Positions 37,818-48,103 of a DNA stretch of 64,000 nt are shown one piece after another. The DNA is from Planctomycetota bacterium. GTDB lineage: Bacteria; Planctomycetota; B15-G4; JADJEK01. The position numbers and the translations under genes were made by a program. The stretch lies in assembly GCA_044225365.1 (NCBI GenBank), contig JBGAIQ010000008.1, positions 64,001 to 128,000 on the forward strand. The letters are read 5' to 3'. How positions within the stretch are numbered: the stretch's first letter is position 1; every line of letters starts with the position of its first letter. A model generated the notes under the pieces. The model did no database searches and was not told the origin of the DNA. It saw nothing but the letters and a program-made list of their open reading frames with translations.

Positions 37818-38980
37818 GACGCGCGCCTTGCGAGCATCTCGTCGAGCGATCGCGCGATCTTCTCGCCGGCCGTTCCGTCGCCGAACGGGTTTTGGATCGA
37901 CTTCACGCGCGACACCCACGAACGCTCGGGATGACGTTCGTCTTCCGCGTGGATCTCGTGAAGCAGGACGCGCAGCCGCTCGGGATCGTTTCCGACGAGC
38001 CGCGCGACACCGGACTCGATCGCCTCGGGTCGCTCGGTCTCGGCTCGGATCACGAGCAGGGGGCGGCCGAGGGACGGAGCCTCTTCCTGCACGCCGCCCG
38101 AATCGGAGACGATGAGCCAGGCGTGGGAAAGGAGATGGATGAAGTCGGGATAGTCGAGAGGAGGCAGGAGATGGATGCGATCCACTCCGAACATCGACCG
38201 GCGCGTCGCCTCCTGCACCGCTGGATTGGGATGCGTCGGGAACACGACCGCCACGTCGGAATGGTCCCGCACGAACTCCGCGAGGACCCGCAGATTTCCT
38301 TCCATCGTCGTGCCGAAGTTCTCGCGCCGATGCGTCGTGAGCGCGACGATTCGCTTGCTCGCGAGCGACTTCAGGAGGTCCGTGAGCGATTTCGCGACGC
38401 GCCCCTCCGACCGCACCGTGCGGAGCGCGTCCACCACGGGATTCCCCGTCACGGCGATCGAGGCCCCGTCGACTCCCTCGCGCACCAAAGTTGCGCGATT
38501 CCCGCTCGTCGCCGCGAAATGAAACGTCGCGAGCCGCGAGATGACGCGGCGATTCATCTCCTCGGGAAACGGGCTCGCGATCGACGCCGTGCGCAGGCCC
38601 GCTTCGACGTGGCCGACGAGAATGCCTCGATGGAACGCCGCGAGCGCAGAGGACAACGCCGTGGTGGTGTCGCCCTGGACGAGGACGACATCGGGGCGCG
38701 TGAGCTCGAGCAGCGGATCGAGCGCCTCGAGGACGCGACTCATCACCTGATTCGGAGTCTGGGCCGGCCGCATCACGTCGAGATCGTGGTCGGCGGTGAT
38801 CCCGAACAGATCGCTCAGCGATCGAGTGATGTCGCGATGCTGGCCGCTGAGGACGACGCAACACCGAAACCGCGGCGATTCCCCCGTCGGAGACGGTGCA
38901 CGCAATGCGCGGATCACCGGGGCGAGTTTGATCACCTCCGGGCGCGTGCCACCCACCGTCATCACTTGCCACGTCTTCAT
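37814..38980 (-). CDS. wecB: UDP-N-acetylglucosamine 2-epimerase (non-hydrolysing)
   Basis: GTRPEVIKLAP, SGQHR, VQGDTTT, HVEAGLR, PFPEEMNR, HRRENFG, DSGGVQEEAPSLG, NPFGDG. Confidence 0.96.
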   Translation of the reverse strand: MKTWQVMTVGGTRPEVIKLAPVIRALRAPSPTGESPRFRCCVVLSGQHRDITRSLSDLFGITADHDLDVMRPAQTPNQVMSRVLEALDPLLELTRPDVVLVQGDTTTALSSALAAFHRGILVGHVEAGLRTASIASPFPEEMNRRVISRLATFHFAATSGNRATLVREGVDGASIAVTGNPVVDALRTVRSEGRVAKSLTDLLKSLASKRIVALTTHRRENFGTTMEGNLRVLAEFVRDHSDVAVVFPTHPNPAVQEATRRSMFGVDRIHLLPPLDYPDFIHLLSHAWLIVSDSGGVQEEAPSLGRPLLVIRAETERPEAIESGVARLVGNDPERLRVLLHEIHAEDERHPERSWVSRVKSIQNPFGDGTAGEKIARSLDEMLARRAS

Positions 38981-39156
38981 CGCCCGGTTCACGCACGGAA
39001 GCATCGCCGACGCCGGGGCCTCGGACCGCCGTCCCGCCTTCGAATACCACCCTGGAAGCGAATCTCCTGAAGGACTCTTGCGAACGCGCCGACTCGCCCG
39101 CACGTCGAGTTCGCACCCGTCCACGCGTTCGTTCCGAATCCGTGAGGAACGAACTC

Positions 39157-39173
39157 CGGCAAGTCCGTTGCCC
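39157..39173. promoter_or_regulatory. Palindromic GGCAA-N5-TTGCC site in divergent promoter region
   Basis: Matches sigma54 GG-N10-GC spacing on both strands. Confidence 0.35.
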
Positions 39174-39364
39174 GTCCCCGGTTCCTCCTGAGACAGGATC
39201 TCACGATTCAGAAAACTACCGCAACCTGGGACGGAGTCAAGGAACGCACCTGAGTCCGATGTCGAACCCAAGCCGGAACGTTCGGTGGCCAACGAGAGCG
39301 AGAACGCCGATACCCGCCGGATCCCGCCTCGTTCTCGGACCGAATCCCCGTATTTTGCGCAGCC

Positions 39365-40699
39365 ATGACCGACTCGCACCCGATCGATCCAGGACGACCG
39401 GACCCGGCGACGCGGAGCGGCGCGCGATTCCTTCCCGCGCTCGTCTTTGCGCTCGCGACGGTCGCTGCTGCGCGCGGCTTCTACGACGATGGCAGCGAGC
39501 CAGGCACGGCCGTGCTCGGCGGCTTCCGGGATCGCGAGTTCTACTGCGTCGTCGCGCTATGCGATCTCACGCTCTGCTGCGTCGTCCTCGGCTTCGCGAA
39601 CTTCTCACGGCTCCTTCTCCAGCGGTTGCTCCTCGCCCACGGCGCCGTGGGCGTCACGATCCTCGGCCTCGAACTCGCGGCGCGATGCGGCGCCATCGAC
39701 TTCCGCGCGATCCTCACGCCGGACCGCGGCCATCAAGCGGGCAATCGCGGTATCCCGAGCGACCCTCGGCTCGCCCACGTCGGGCGACCCCACGCGAAGG
39801 ACTCCGGTCTGTCGACACCCGACCTCGTCGCCATCCTCGGCGCGAAGGCCGATCCCGTGCCCTTCGAGTTCGCGACCGATCGATTCGGTCTGCGCAGTCC
39901 CAAGGACAAGGACGATCCCCGGATCCTGTGCCTTGGTGATTCGATGCTGGTGGGCGGCCTCGTGCCCGTCGCTTCGCTCCTGACCGAGCGGCTCGAAGCG
40001 AAGCTCGGCCGCAGTGTCCTCAACGTCGCCGAAGTCGGCTACTCGCCCGCAGAGGAGTTGATCCGACTCGAGACGACGCAGCTCTCGGTGCGCGAGCGGC
40101 TCGTCGTTCAATTCGTCTTCGAGGGCAACGACCTGCAGGACACCGCGCGCTTCACGACGCGTTCGCCGGGCGCTTCGAACTGGCCGGAGAACGGACTCGT
40201 GAAGTCCCTTGCGCGGATGCTCCATCGCCCGCGACTGCGTGCGGGGGCTGTCCGTCATGGCGAGTTCGCGGATGCCGCGGACCATCACATCGACGTCTAC
40301 TTCCTCTACGACGCCGCCGCCGTGCGCGGCGCGATGAGCGCGTATCCGCTGCTCGAGTCGACCCTGCGCGAAGCGAACGCGAAGATCACCCACGACGGCG
40401 GTCGCTACGCGATCGCGCTCATCCCGATGAAGCTTCGCGTGCTCCACGATCTCGTCACCTGGCCGAGCGACAGCGCTCTGCTTTCGAAGGAAATGGCGGA
40501 GAGCCCCCTTCCCGACGCGCTGGAGCGGACCTGCCGCGACGCGGGTATTCCCTACTTGGACCTCACCCCCGCACTCGCGGCTGCGGCGCGCGCCGGACGA
40601 TTGCCCTACTTCGCGGCGGACACTCACCTCGACGCCACGGGACACCAAGTGATCGCCGACGCGGTCGCGCCCTGGATCCTCACCCTTCAGCCCCAATGA
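39365..40699 (+). CDS. Membrane-anchored SGNH protein, AlgX/AlgJ-like (polysaccharide O-acyl modification)
   Basis: N-terminal TMs; LGDSM, FEGNDL, DTHLDATGH. Confidence 0.78.
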   Translation: MTDSHPIDPGRPDPATRSGARFLPALVFALATVAAARGFYDDGSEPGTAVLGGFRDREFYCVVALCDLTLCCVVLGFANFSRLLLQRLLLAHGAVGVTILGLELAARCGAIDFRAILTPDRGHQAGNRGIPSDPRLAHVGRPHAKDSGLSTPDLVAILGAKADPVPFEFATDRFGLRSPKDKDDPRILCLGDSMLVGGLVPVASLLTERLEAKLGRSVLNVAEVGYSPAEELIRLETTQLSVRERLVVQFVFEGNDLQDTARFTTRSPGASNWPENGLVKSLARMLHRPRLRAGAVRHGEFADAADHHIDVYFLYDAAAVRGAMSAYPLLESTLREANAKITHDGGRYAIALIPMKLRVLHDLVTWPSDSALLSKEMAESPLPDALERTCRDAGIPYLDLTPALAAAARAGRLPYFAADTHLDATGHQVIADAVAPWILTLQPQ

Positions 40700-40751
40700 A
40701 TCGAATGACGACACGCGTCGCACGATTCGCTTCCAGAAGGCACCACCCGAG

Positions 40752-41378
40752 ATGACCGGATCCCGTCCCACGGCTGCGGCACGCTGGAGTCAGCGACTCC
40801 ACGATCTCTTCACCGACCTTCGCCTCGGCATCCGCACCCGCGGTCGGCAAGGACAGCGGACCGAGGAAGTGAGTCACTACTCGACGATCTCCTATCACTT
40901 CATCGAGCGGATCCTCGATCGGCTCGAACTGCGATCGAGCGACGTCACCGTCGATCTCGGCAGCGGCAAGGGGCGATTCGTGTGCGCCGCCGCACGGCGC
41001 AGGATCGCGACGGCGATCGGTGTCGAACTCTCGAGCGAGTTGTGCGCGATCGCTCGCGAAAACGCGCGAAACGTGCGGGGTCGCGCGGCTCCGATCGAGA
41101 TCGTCGAGGTCGAGGCGCAACGCTTCGACTACGACCGCGGGAACGTCTACTACCTCTTCGATCCATTCGGGCCCGAGACGATCGCCGCAGTGCTGTCGCG
41201 GCTCGCCGATTCGATCGCTCGTTCGCCGCGGGCCGTTCGCCTCGCCTACGTGAATCCGCGCTGCGAGGACCTCTTCGGCGCGTGCGCCGCGATCACCGAG
41301 GTCGACCGTTGGCAGCAGGATGACCGCGGTACCGAGCACACCGTCGTGTTCTACGCCTCGCGGCCGCGCCCCACCTGA
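40752..41378 (+). CDS. Class I SAM-dependent methyltransferase
   Basis: VDLGSGKGR, IGVELS, YLFDPFG, AYVNP. Confidence 0.82.
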   Translation: MTGSRPTAAARWSQRLHDLFTDLRLGIRTRGRQGQRTEEVSHYSTISYHFIERILDRLELRSSDVTVDLGSGKGRFVCAAARRRIATAIGVELSSELCAIARENARNVRGRAAPIEIVEVEAQRFDYDRGNVYYLFDPFGPETIAAVLSRLADSIARSPRAVRLAYVNPRCEDLFGACAAITEVDRWQQDDRGTEHTVVFYASRPRPT

Positions 41379-41538
41379 GAAGCCCCGCGCGATTGTTTCA
41401 CCGCGGCACCCCCGAGCGGGGCTCGATCACCCCAGTTCGATTCTTCGATCGCGAATTCGCGAACCTACAAATTGCTCCACCCGTCGAACGGTGCGCTGCG
41501 ACTCACCCCGCATGCATCATCAGTTCGTGGATTCTTGG

Positions 41539-41582
41539 GGTCTTCGCCCTTTGCGGTATGGGCGGCGAAGACCTCGGTTTTT
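41539..41582 (+). terminator. Possible rho-independent terminator
   Basis: GGTCTTCGCC...GGCGAAGACC 10-bp stem (15-nt loop) followed by TCGGTTTTT. Confidence 0.35.
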
Positions 41583-41731
41583 CTGGCGGTTTCCAAACTT
41601 CACAGTTCATCCGGCACCTCCGGATGCCGAACGGATTGGAAGGCTCTTCCGAAGAGCGTTCCAGGGCGTCCTCGTAACGTCCCTGGCGACGTCACGGGGA
41701 TCTTCCATCCGAAGGCGCCGGTTGGCGTCAC

Positions 41732-44700
41732 GTGATCGACATCGGTAATCCACCTTTGAATACGCACCTCGGTCCAGACTCCAATCGCACGCCATCGATC
41801 TCTCGGTCGATCCTCGGCTCGCTGGCGTGGCTCGCGCTGTTCCTCCCGCCGCAGTCGAGCGCATTCGCGGCTCCACCCATGACCGGAGCGACCCCCGAAC
41901 CCGGCGTCTCCGACTACGTCTCGTTCGCAGCGGAACCCGCACCGAGCGAGGCGATCGAGAGCGCGCTCGAATTCCTCGATCGTGAATCCGAGCGCCCCTT
42001 CCACCGGACACACTCCGCGCCTGCGGTCACCGGGGGCACGGGATCGGAGGGGCTTTCTCGTCTCGTCCGACTCCACGGCGGGCGCTGGCGGTCGAGCCAC
42101 GCCGATCCCTCGGCCGCGGCGATGGAATTCCTCGCGAAGCACGGCCCCCTCCTCGGCTTCGACCCCGCGAACGGCTGGCAACTGACCCCGCGCGTGCTGC
42201 GCGATGGCGCGCTCGTGATGTTCGAATGCTCCGCCGCAGGGGTACCGATCGAAGGCGCACGGATCGGGGTGACGCTCGACGGCAAGGTCGTCACAGCGGC
42301 CGTGTCTCGGCTCCCGCAGGCGACCACCACCGCCCTGCCGACCTTCCGCATCGGTGAAGCGACGGCGATCGCGGCGGCTCGCGCACGTCGTGCGAGCGGC
42401 GCCACGATTCCGAACGGAGCGATGTCGACGCCGGACGCGGAGCGCCGATTCGTCCTCGTCCAGGGAGCGCTCGTCCCCGCCTATCGCGTGAGCGAGCGAT
42501 CGGCCGACGGCACGATCGCGATCGATACGATCGTCGACGCCGAGTCGGGGAAAATCCTCGCGACCGAGAACCTCGTGCTCGAGGGTGGGCCGAAGTATCC
42601 CTACAACGGCAGCCTCGTTCCCTTCAAGACGGGTCCGGCGATCGGCGGGGTGTACGCCAACCTCGGCGATGCTCTCGCGAACAAGCCGAAGAACGTGGAG
42701 CTCAAGGTCGAGCAGGGCATCCCCGCGCCGGTCAACGTCGCGAAGGGTCGCCTGATCGGCGCGCATGCCGATGTGTGGGACGCCGGCGGTCAACCCGTGC
42801 TCGAGCCCGGGCAGAAGTTCATCTATGGGCCGTTCGGGAACGACGCCGATGCGTTCGACCAGACGAACGTCTTCTATCAGATCGAGAAGACCCGCAATCA
42901 CCTGAAGCATCAGATCGGGTCGCTCCTGACCCCGAATGCTTCGCTTCCGGTCCTCGTCAACGTTCCCTCCGCGACGCTCGGAGGCTCGTACTCGGCGGCG
43001 ACGTTCCCGGTCGACGGACACACTGCGGGTTATCTGACGTTCTTCGATGCGTCTGCCACGCTCGGCCCCGCCGGCGACTCGTCCCGCGATCCGACGCTCG
43101 TCTCGCACGAGTACATCCACGCCTGGCTCGCGCTCGAACACCAGGAGTTCACGGGGAACCAGGACGATCCGTCCCGCGCGATCGGCGAAGGCCTCGCCGA
43201 CTTCTTCGCCCTCTCCTGCCAGGGCGGCTCGGTGATGAACGGGTACCTCGAGAACGTGTCTCCGGGTTCTGGGTTCCTGCGCGACCTCGCGAGTGATCAG
43301 CGCTTTCCGTACACCACGGCCGCAGCGATGGAGTTCAACCCTTCGCACTTGCCGGAGGAGCACCAGAACGGAGAGATCTTCGGCGCGATGCTCCTCGACC
43401 TGCGTCGGGCGCTCGGTACGGCCGCGACGGAACAGCTCGTGTTTCGCGCCCTGCCCATCATGCCGCACGCTCTCTCGGACGTCGGCATCCTCGCCGTGAC
43501 GCCGGACGATGCGTTCACCGCGACCGATCTCTTCTTCGGTGAGTGTGCGCGCGCGCTCCTCATCGCCTCGAAGGACGCGAAAGAGGCCGGCGCGGTCCTC
43601 GGCGCGGCGTGCGCCCGCGGACTCATGAACGGCACGCTGAACTCGCAGCAGATCCTGCTCGAACTCGAACAGGTTCCCGCGAAGAAGTTCGTGCTGCAGT
43701 CCACCGTCGTCGCGCCTGGCGTCGTCCAGGAGTTCCTGTTCAGCGCGATCGAAGGCGGCGTCCTGTCCATCAAGGCGAAGACCGCATCGAACAGCGATCT
43801 GCAACCGGACGTCGAGGTGTTCGCCGCGGACGGATCGAACGTCGGGGTCGCGACGCCGCAGGCGAAGATCTTCAAGAAGGACGGACGCTCGGTCACGCTG
43901 AACGGAGTACAGCTCGGCATTCCGGGCGTCGGTCTCTACCGAGTGCGTGTTCGCGGCACGGGTTCGACCACCGGCGACTACTCGCTGACGCTCGATCTGA
44001 AGAGCGGTTCATCGCAGTCGCAGACGGACCTCGTCGTCCAGCCGCTCGATCCGTTCGTCGCGAGCGGTCCCGCCGGCGGCCCGTTCGAGACCTCGGGCGG
44101 CGTCTATCAGATCATGAACGTCGGCTCGGATCCGATCGTGTGGAGCCTGTCGTCCCATCCGTCGTGGGTCGTTGCCGACGTTGCGGGCGGCGTCTTGAAT
44201 TCCGGTGACTTCGCGACGGTGACGCTCGGCGTCGACCCCACCGCGACCACGGGACTCGTGGTCGGCGCCTACGATTCGATGGTGAGCTTCGCGAACCTCA
44301 GCGCTCCGGGCGCACCGGAAATCGCGTCGCTCGACTCCTACCTCGCGATCCTGGCGACGCCGCAAGGTACGCTGGACATCACGTCTCCGGGGCTCGTCCA
44401 GAGCGCGGGGCCGGTCGGCGGCCCTTTCTCTCCGTCGAGCATGTCGTTCACCGTGGCCAACAACGGAACCGCGCCCCTGAACTGGAAAGCCGCCACCGTC
44501 GCGACTTGGCTGTCGCTCTCGTCGTTCGGGGGCCAGCTCGACCCCGGCCAGTCGGTCAACGTCTCGGCCTCGCTCGTCACCTCCGGTCCGAACGCCGCGG
44601 GACTCCTCCCGATCGGCTCGTACACCGGCACGATCGACTTCACGAACCTCTCGAACGGCATCGGCGACGCGAGCTACGACTTCGACCTCGACGTCACGCC

Positions 44701-46654
44701 GTCGCCGTCGGCCACGCTCAACGTCACGGGCGCCGCGCCGCTCGCGATGGGTGGCCCGATCGGCGGCCCGTTCGGCGCCGTGACCGCCGGCGCGCAGAAC
44801 TACACGGTCGCGAACACCGGAACCGCGACGCTCAACTGGCAAGCGAACGGCACGCCATCGTGGCTCGTCGTGAGCCCGTCGAGCGGACAGCTCCAGCCGG
44901 GCGGCTCGCAGAATGTCGTCGTCTCGGTCGCCGGATCGGGCAATGCCAATCCCGCGCTCTTCGCGGCGGGTTCGTACTCGGGACAGCTCACGTTCACGAA
45001 TCTCTCGGGCGGCGGCGGTGACAGCGCAGTCACCGTCGTCCTCGCCGTCTCCTGGACGGGTGTTCCGCAACCTCTCCTGCATCCGGGAACGGGCTTCTCG
45101 GGCGCCACGCCGCAACCTCCCGCCATCGGAAGCGGCACCGGCTCCGACGCCACCGCGATCGCCCGCTGGGACGTGATCCCGTATCAGACGATGAAGTCCG
45201 ATTTCGAGGTCGGCGTCGTCGCCTTCCACATCGCCGGGATCGATCGCGTCGACTTCTGCGCGAACGGTGGCGCCTGGTATTCGTCGACACAGATGTCGCT
45301 GAATCCGCGGACGAAGGTGTGGGAGTACTACGGCATCCTCCCCAGTTCCGAGTTCCCCACCGACGGGCTCGTCGAAATCCGTGCGATCGCGTATCCGGTC
45401 GTGGGCATCCCGCGCGTCCTGCCCTCGATGTACGTCTACTCGAACGTCCATGGCACGTACGCGGAAGTCGAGAAGTTCGTCTCGACCGCGGGCAACGACA
45501 CCACGGGCGACGGTACGCAGAGCAAGCCGTGGCACTCGATCAACAAGGCGATCAGCGCCGTCGGGGACGGCGGCACCATCACGATCATCGGGGCGGGCGA
45601 ATATCCCGTCTCGTCGCAGAGCCAGACGCTCGTGAACTCACGGTGGCTTACGATCCGCAGCGGGGCCGGACTGACCTCGTCCGACGTGTCGATCGTGCCC
45701 GCGAGCGGGATGACCGAGGTTCGACCGAAGGTGCATCGCGTGCGCTGGCAGGGCGTCGGATTCGACTTCTCGAAGATGTATCAGGTCTATCCCGAACCGA
45801 CCGACGACATCTGGTTCGACCAAGCGCGGTTCTTCGACTCCGCCGGATGGACGCATCAGATGCTGATGCAGCCCGTGCGGTCGACGGACGCGGTCGCCGG
45901 CGTCTACGCGACGGGATCGACCGCGACGAACATGCTCTACGGGTTCATCGATTTCACGCTGGTGCGCGACTGCACGATGAACAAGCTCTCCGGCGACGCG
46001 CTCTCCAGCACGCGGCTCGTCGTGAACACGAGCGTCACCGAACTCAGCAATCTGGTGATCCCGTCGTTCCACTCCGATCTGTGCCAGCACTTCGGAACGT
46101 GGGAGAACTTCATCATGTACGGGGTGAAGGGCACGAACCTGATCGGGATCCAATCGATCTTCGACGACCACACCTCGAGCACGTTCAAGGACTGCGCGTT
46201 CGTCAATTTCCTCGCCGACAACAATTCCGGCAACCCGCCGTTCAGTCAGCTCTGCTCGCCCCACGATCACGTCCTCTTCATCAACGTGACGCTGCTCGGG
46301 CAGCTCATGGACATGCGCGACGATCTCGCCGCTCCCGAGACCTTCACCGCGAAGAACGTGCTGTTCGAGAACTGCCTGATGTACCGCCTATCGCACAGCG
46401 CCGGGCCGGGCCTGCCGAGCGGCGTCACCGTCAAGACGAGTCACTTCATCACGGGCGAACTCCACGGCCAGAGCCCGACGAGCGGCGCGGTCACGTTCGT
46501 CAACGGCGCGGGCGGCGCGTTCGGTTACTCCGGAGCCGGCGCGAGCCAGCTCGTGGCGAGTGGTACGAGCGTCCCGAAGTTCCTCGATCCGAATCTGTGG
46601 AACGCCAGCGCGACCAAGCCGAATCGCGGCGCGTTCACCTACGATCATCCCTGA
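41732..46654 (+). CDS. Large secreted protein: M4/M36-like metallopeptidase, BACON-like repeats, C-terminal beta-helix-like domain
   Basis: Propeptide-like IVDAESGKIL; HEYIH...IGEGLADFFA; EEHQNGEIFGAML; three (S/M)G(P/G)..GGPF..N.G...L.W repeats; FVSTAGNDTTGDGTQSKPWHSINKAI. Start uncertain. Confidence 0.82.
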   Translation: MIDIGNPPLNTHLGPDSNRTPSISRSILGSLAWLALFLPPQSSAFAAPPMTGATPEPGVSDYVSFAAEPAPSEAIESALEFLDRESERPFHRTHSAPAVTGGTGSEGLSRLVRLHGGRWRSSHADPSAAAMEFLAKHGPLLGFDPANGWQLTPRVLRDGALVMFECSAAGVPIEGARIGVTLDGKVVTAAVSRLPQATTTALPTFRIGEATAIAAARARRASGATIPNGAMSTPDAERRFVLVQGALVPAYRVSERSADGTIAIDTIVDAESGKILATENLVLEGGPKYPYNGSLVPFKTGPAIGGVYANLGDALANKPKNVELKVEQGIPAPVNVAKGRLIGAHADVWDAGGQPVLEPGQKFIYGPFGNDADAFDQTNVFYQIEKTRNHLKHQIGSLLTPNASLPVLVNVPSATLGGSYSAATFPVDGHTAGYLTFFDASATLGPAGDSSRDPTLVSHEYIHAWLALEHQEFTGNQDDPSRAIGEGLADFFALSCQGGSVMNGYLENVSPGSGFLRDLASDQRFPYTTAAAMEFNPSHLPEEHQNGEIFGAMLLDLRRALGTAATEQLVFRALPIMPHALSDVGILAVTPDDAFTATDLFFGECARALLIASKDAKEAGAVLGAACARGLMNGTLNSQQILLELEQVPAKKFVLQSTVVAPGVVQEFLFSAIEGGVLSIKAKTASNSDLQPDVEVFAADGSNVGVATPQAKIFKKDGRSVTLNGVQLGIPGVGLYRVRVRGTGSTTGDYSLTLDLKSGSSQSQTDLVVQPLDPFVASGPAGGPFETSGGVYQIMNVGSDPIVWSLSSHPSWVVADVAGGVLNSGDFATVTLGVDPTATTGLVVGAYDSMVSFANLSAPGAPEIASLDSYLAILATPQGTLDITSPGLVQSAGPVGGPFSPSSMSFTVANNGTAPLNWKAATVATWLSLSSFGGQLDPGQSVNVSASLVTSGPNAAGLLPIGSYTGTIDFTNLSNGIGDASYDFDLDVTPSPSATLNVTGAAPLAMGGPIGGPFGAVTAGAQNYTVANTGTATLNWQANGTPSWLVVSPSSGQLQPGGSQNVVVSVAGSGNANPALFAAGSYSGQLTFTNLSGGGGDSAVTVVLAVSWTGVPQPLLHPGTGFSGATPQPPAIGSGTGSDATAIARWDVIPYQTMKSDFEVGVVAFHIAGIDRVDFCANGGAWYSSTQMSLNPRTKVWEYYGILPSSEFPTDGLVEIRAIAYPVVGIPRVLPSMYVYSNVHGTYAEVEKFVSTAGNDTTGDGTQSKPWHSINKAISAVGDGGTITIIGAGEYPVSSQSQTLVNSRWLTIRSGAGLTSSDVSIVPASGMTEVRPKVHRVRWQGVGFDFSKMYQVYPEPTDDIWFDQARFFDSAGWTHQMLMQPVRSTDAVAGVYATGSTATNMLYGFIDFTLVRDCTMNKLSGDALSSTRLVVNTSVTELSNLVIPSFHSDLCQHFGTWENFIMYGVKGTNLIGIQSIFDDHTSSTFKDCAFVNFLADNNSGNPPFSQLCSPHDHVLFINVTLLGQLMDMRDDLAAPETFTAKNVLFENCLMYRLSHSAGPGLPSGVTVKTSHFITGELHGQSPTSGAVTFVNGAGGAFGYSGAGASQLVASGTSVPKFLDPNLWNASATKPNRGAFTYDHP

Positions 46655-46666
46655 TCGATCGCCACC

Positions 46667-48103
46667 TCAGACGCGGCGGAGCGACTCGAACGTGCGCCAG
46701 GGACGCCAACCGAACGCGGCGACCGAGAGTCCGAAGATCACGAGGATGAACGCCACGCCGAGTGCGACCTTCTCCTGCCACGGCGCACCCGAGAACCAGT
46801 TCGCTCGCACGAACGCGACGACGCCGACGATGACTCCGAGTCCGAGGAGCGGCCGCGCCGTGTAGGCGATGGGCAGATTCTGCTTCACCTTCAGGCGGGC
46901 GATGTCGACGACGAGTGCGACCGACTCACCCACCATCGACGCGACGACGACGAAGTACATCGGCGCCCCGCGCATCGCGGCGAAGAGCGCCGGGATCATG
47001 AGGGAGATGCGGAACAGGTTCGCGATCAGCACCTGGCGCGTGTCCCCCTTCGCGAAAGCCGCGTGCGTCGTCGTCGAGCGCATGAGTCGCACGGCGTGCA
47101 TCACCGCGATGACACCGACCACCGTCACGCTCTGACTGAATTGCGGACCGTACGCGACGCGCACGAGGAAATCCCCGAAGCACAAGAAGCCCACCGCGAA
47201 GGAACAGGCCACGGGGAAGAGCACCTGCATCGAGCGCCGGTACCGCATCCCATAGTCCTTGTCGAGGTCCTGCACGTCGGACAGGATCGGGAGGACGAGT
47301 TGTCGGTTGATGAGATTCGTCGTCGCCGCCATCGCTGCCGTGATGCCGACGGCCGCGGAGAAGAGTCCGAGGTCGTGCACGTCGTAGTACTTGCCGATCA
47401 GCAACTGATCGCCGTACTGGATCCCGAACAACAGCAATCCGTTGGCGAGCAATGGCCAGCCGAAGTGCATCAGGCGCTGTGTCATCGCCTTGTCGAAGCG
47501 CCAGCGATAGGGACGCTCCGCCAGCCAGTGCGACGCGATCAGGTTGATCACGGCCTTCAGGATCGTGAGGGACAGGAGTGCGCGATAGTCATCGAAGTAC
47601 TTCGCCGCAGGCCAGGCGCAGGCGAGCAATGCGAGATCGGTCGCGAGGTCGAACGTGACGCGCGGCGCGAAGCGCATCGATCGCTGATACCGCGTGAGGT
47701 CGGTATGCATGAACCCGCGGACGATCGGGATGAGCGCAAGCATGCGGAACGAATCGACGATGTGCGGAGAGTTGAAGATGCTCGCAACGAGCGGAGCCGC
47801 GAGGAAGACGAGCACCGCGAGGACGATTCCGCGGATCGCGAGGATTCCGTGGAGCGACGCCTGCATCTCCGGCTCGTCGCCGTCCTTGGCCTGAACGAGC
47901 AGCGTTTCCGGCGAGAGGCTCGTCGTGAGATCGAAGAAGTACTCCGTCACCGCGAACATCGCGCCGACGCCGAAATCGGCGGGCTTCAACAGGCGCGCGA
48001 CGATGCCGTTGCGCAGCAGGCCGAGGAAGCGGCTGCCCGCCTGCCCCGCGCCCAGCACGAGCGTTCCCTTCACGATTCGACGACCGAGCTTCGCCCCACT
48101 CAC
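46667..48103 (-). CDS. wzx: Wzx oligosaccharide flippase
   Basis: ARLLKPADFG, about 12 TMs, DQLLIGKYY...LGLFS; EPS context. Confidence 0.88.
   Translation of the reverse strand: MSGAKLGRRIVKGTLVLGAGQAGSRFLGLLRNGIVARLLKPADFGVGAMFAVTEYFFDLTTSLSPETLLVQAKDGDEPEMQASLHGILAIRGIVLAVLVFLAAPLVASIFNSPHIVDSFRMLALIPIVRGFMHTDLTRYQRSMRFAPRVTFDLATDLALLACAWPAAKYFDDYRALLSLTILKAVINLIASHWLAERPYRWRFDKAMTQRLMHFGWPLLANGLLLFGIQYGDQLLIGKYYDVHDLGLFSAAVGITAAMAATTNLINRQLVLPILSDVQDLDKDYGMRYRRSMQVLFPVACSFAVGFLCFGDFLVRVAYGPQFSQSVTVVGVIAVMHAVRLMRSTTTHAAFAKGDTRQVLIANLFRISLMIPALFAAMRGAPMYFVVVASMVGESVALVVDIARLKVKQNLPIAYTARPLLGLGVIVGVVAFVRANWFSGAPWQEKVALGVAFILVIFGLSVAAFGWRPWRTFESLRRV

Noticed and set aside
37818-39116. Apparent 975-aa triple fusion
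   Set aside because: Upstream part is an off-frame overlap of wecB; the true start at 37817 is coupled to the wecB stop.
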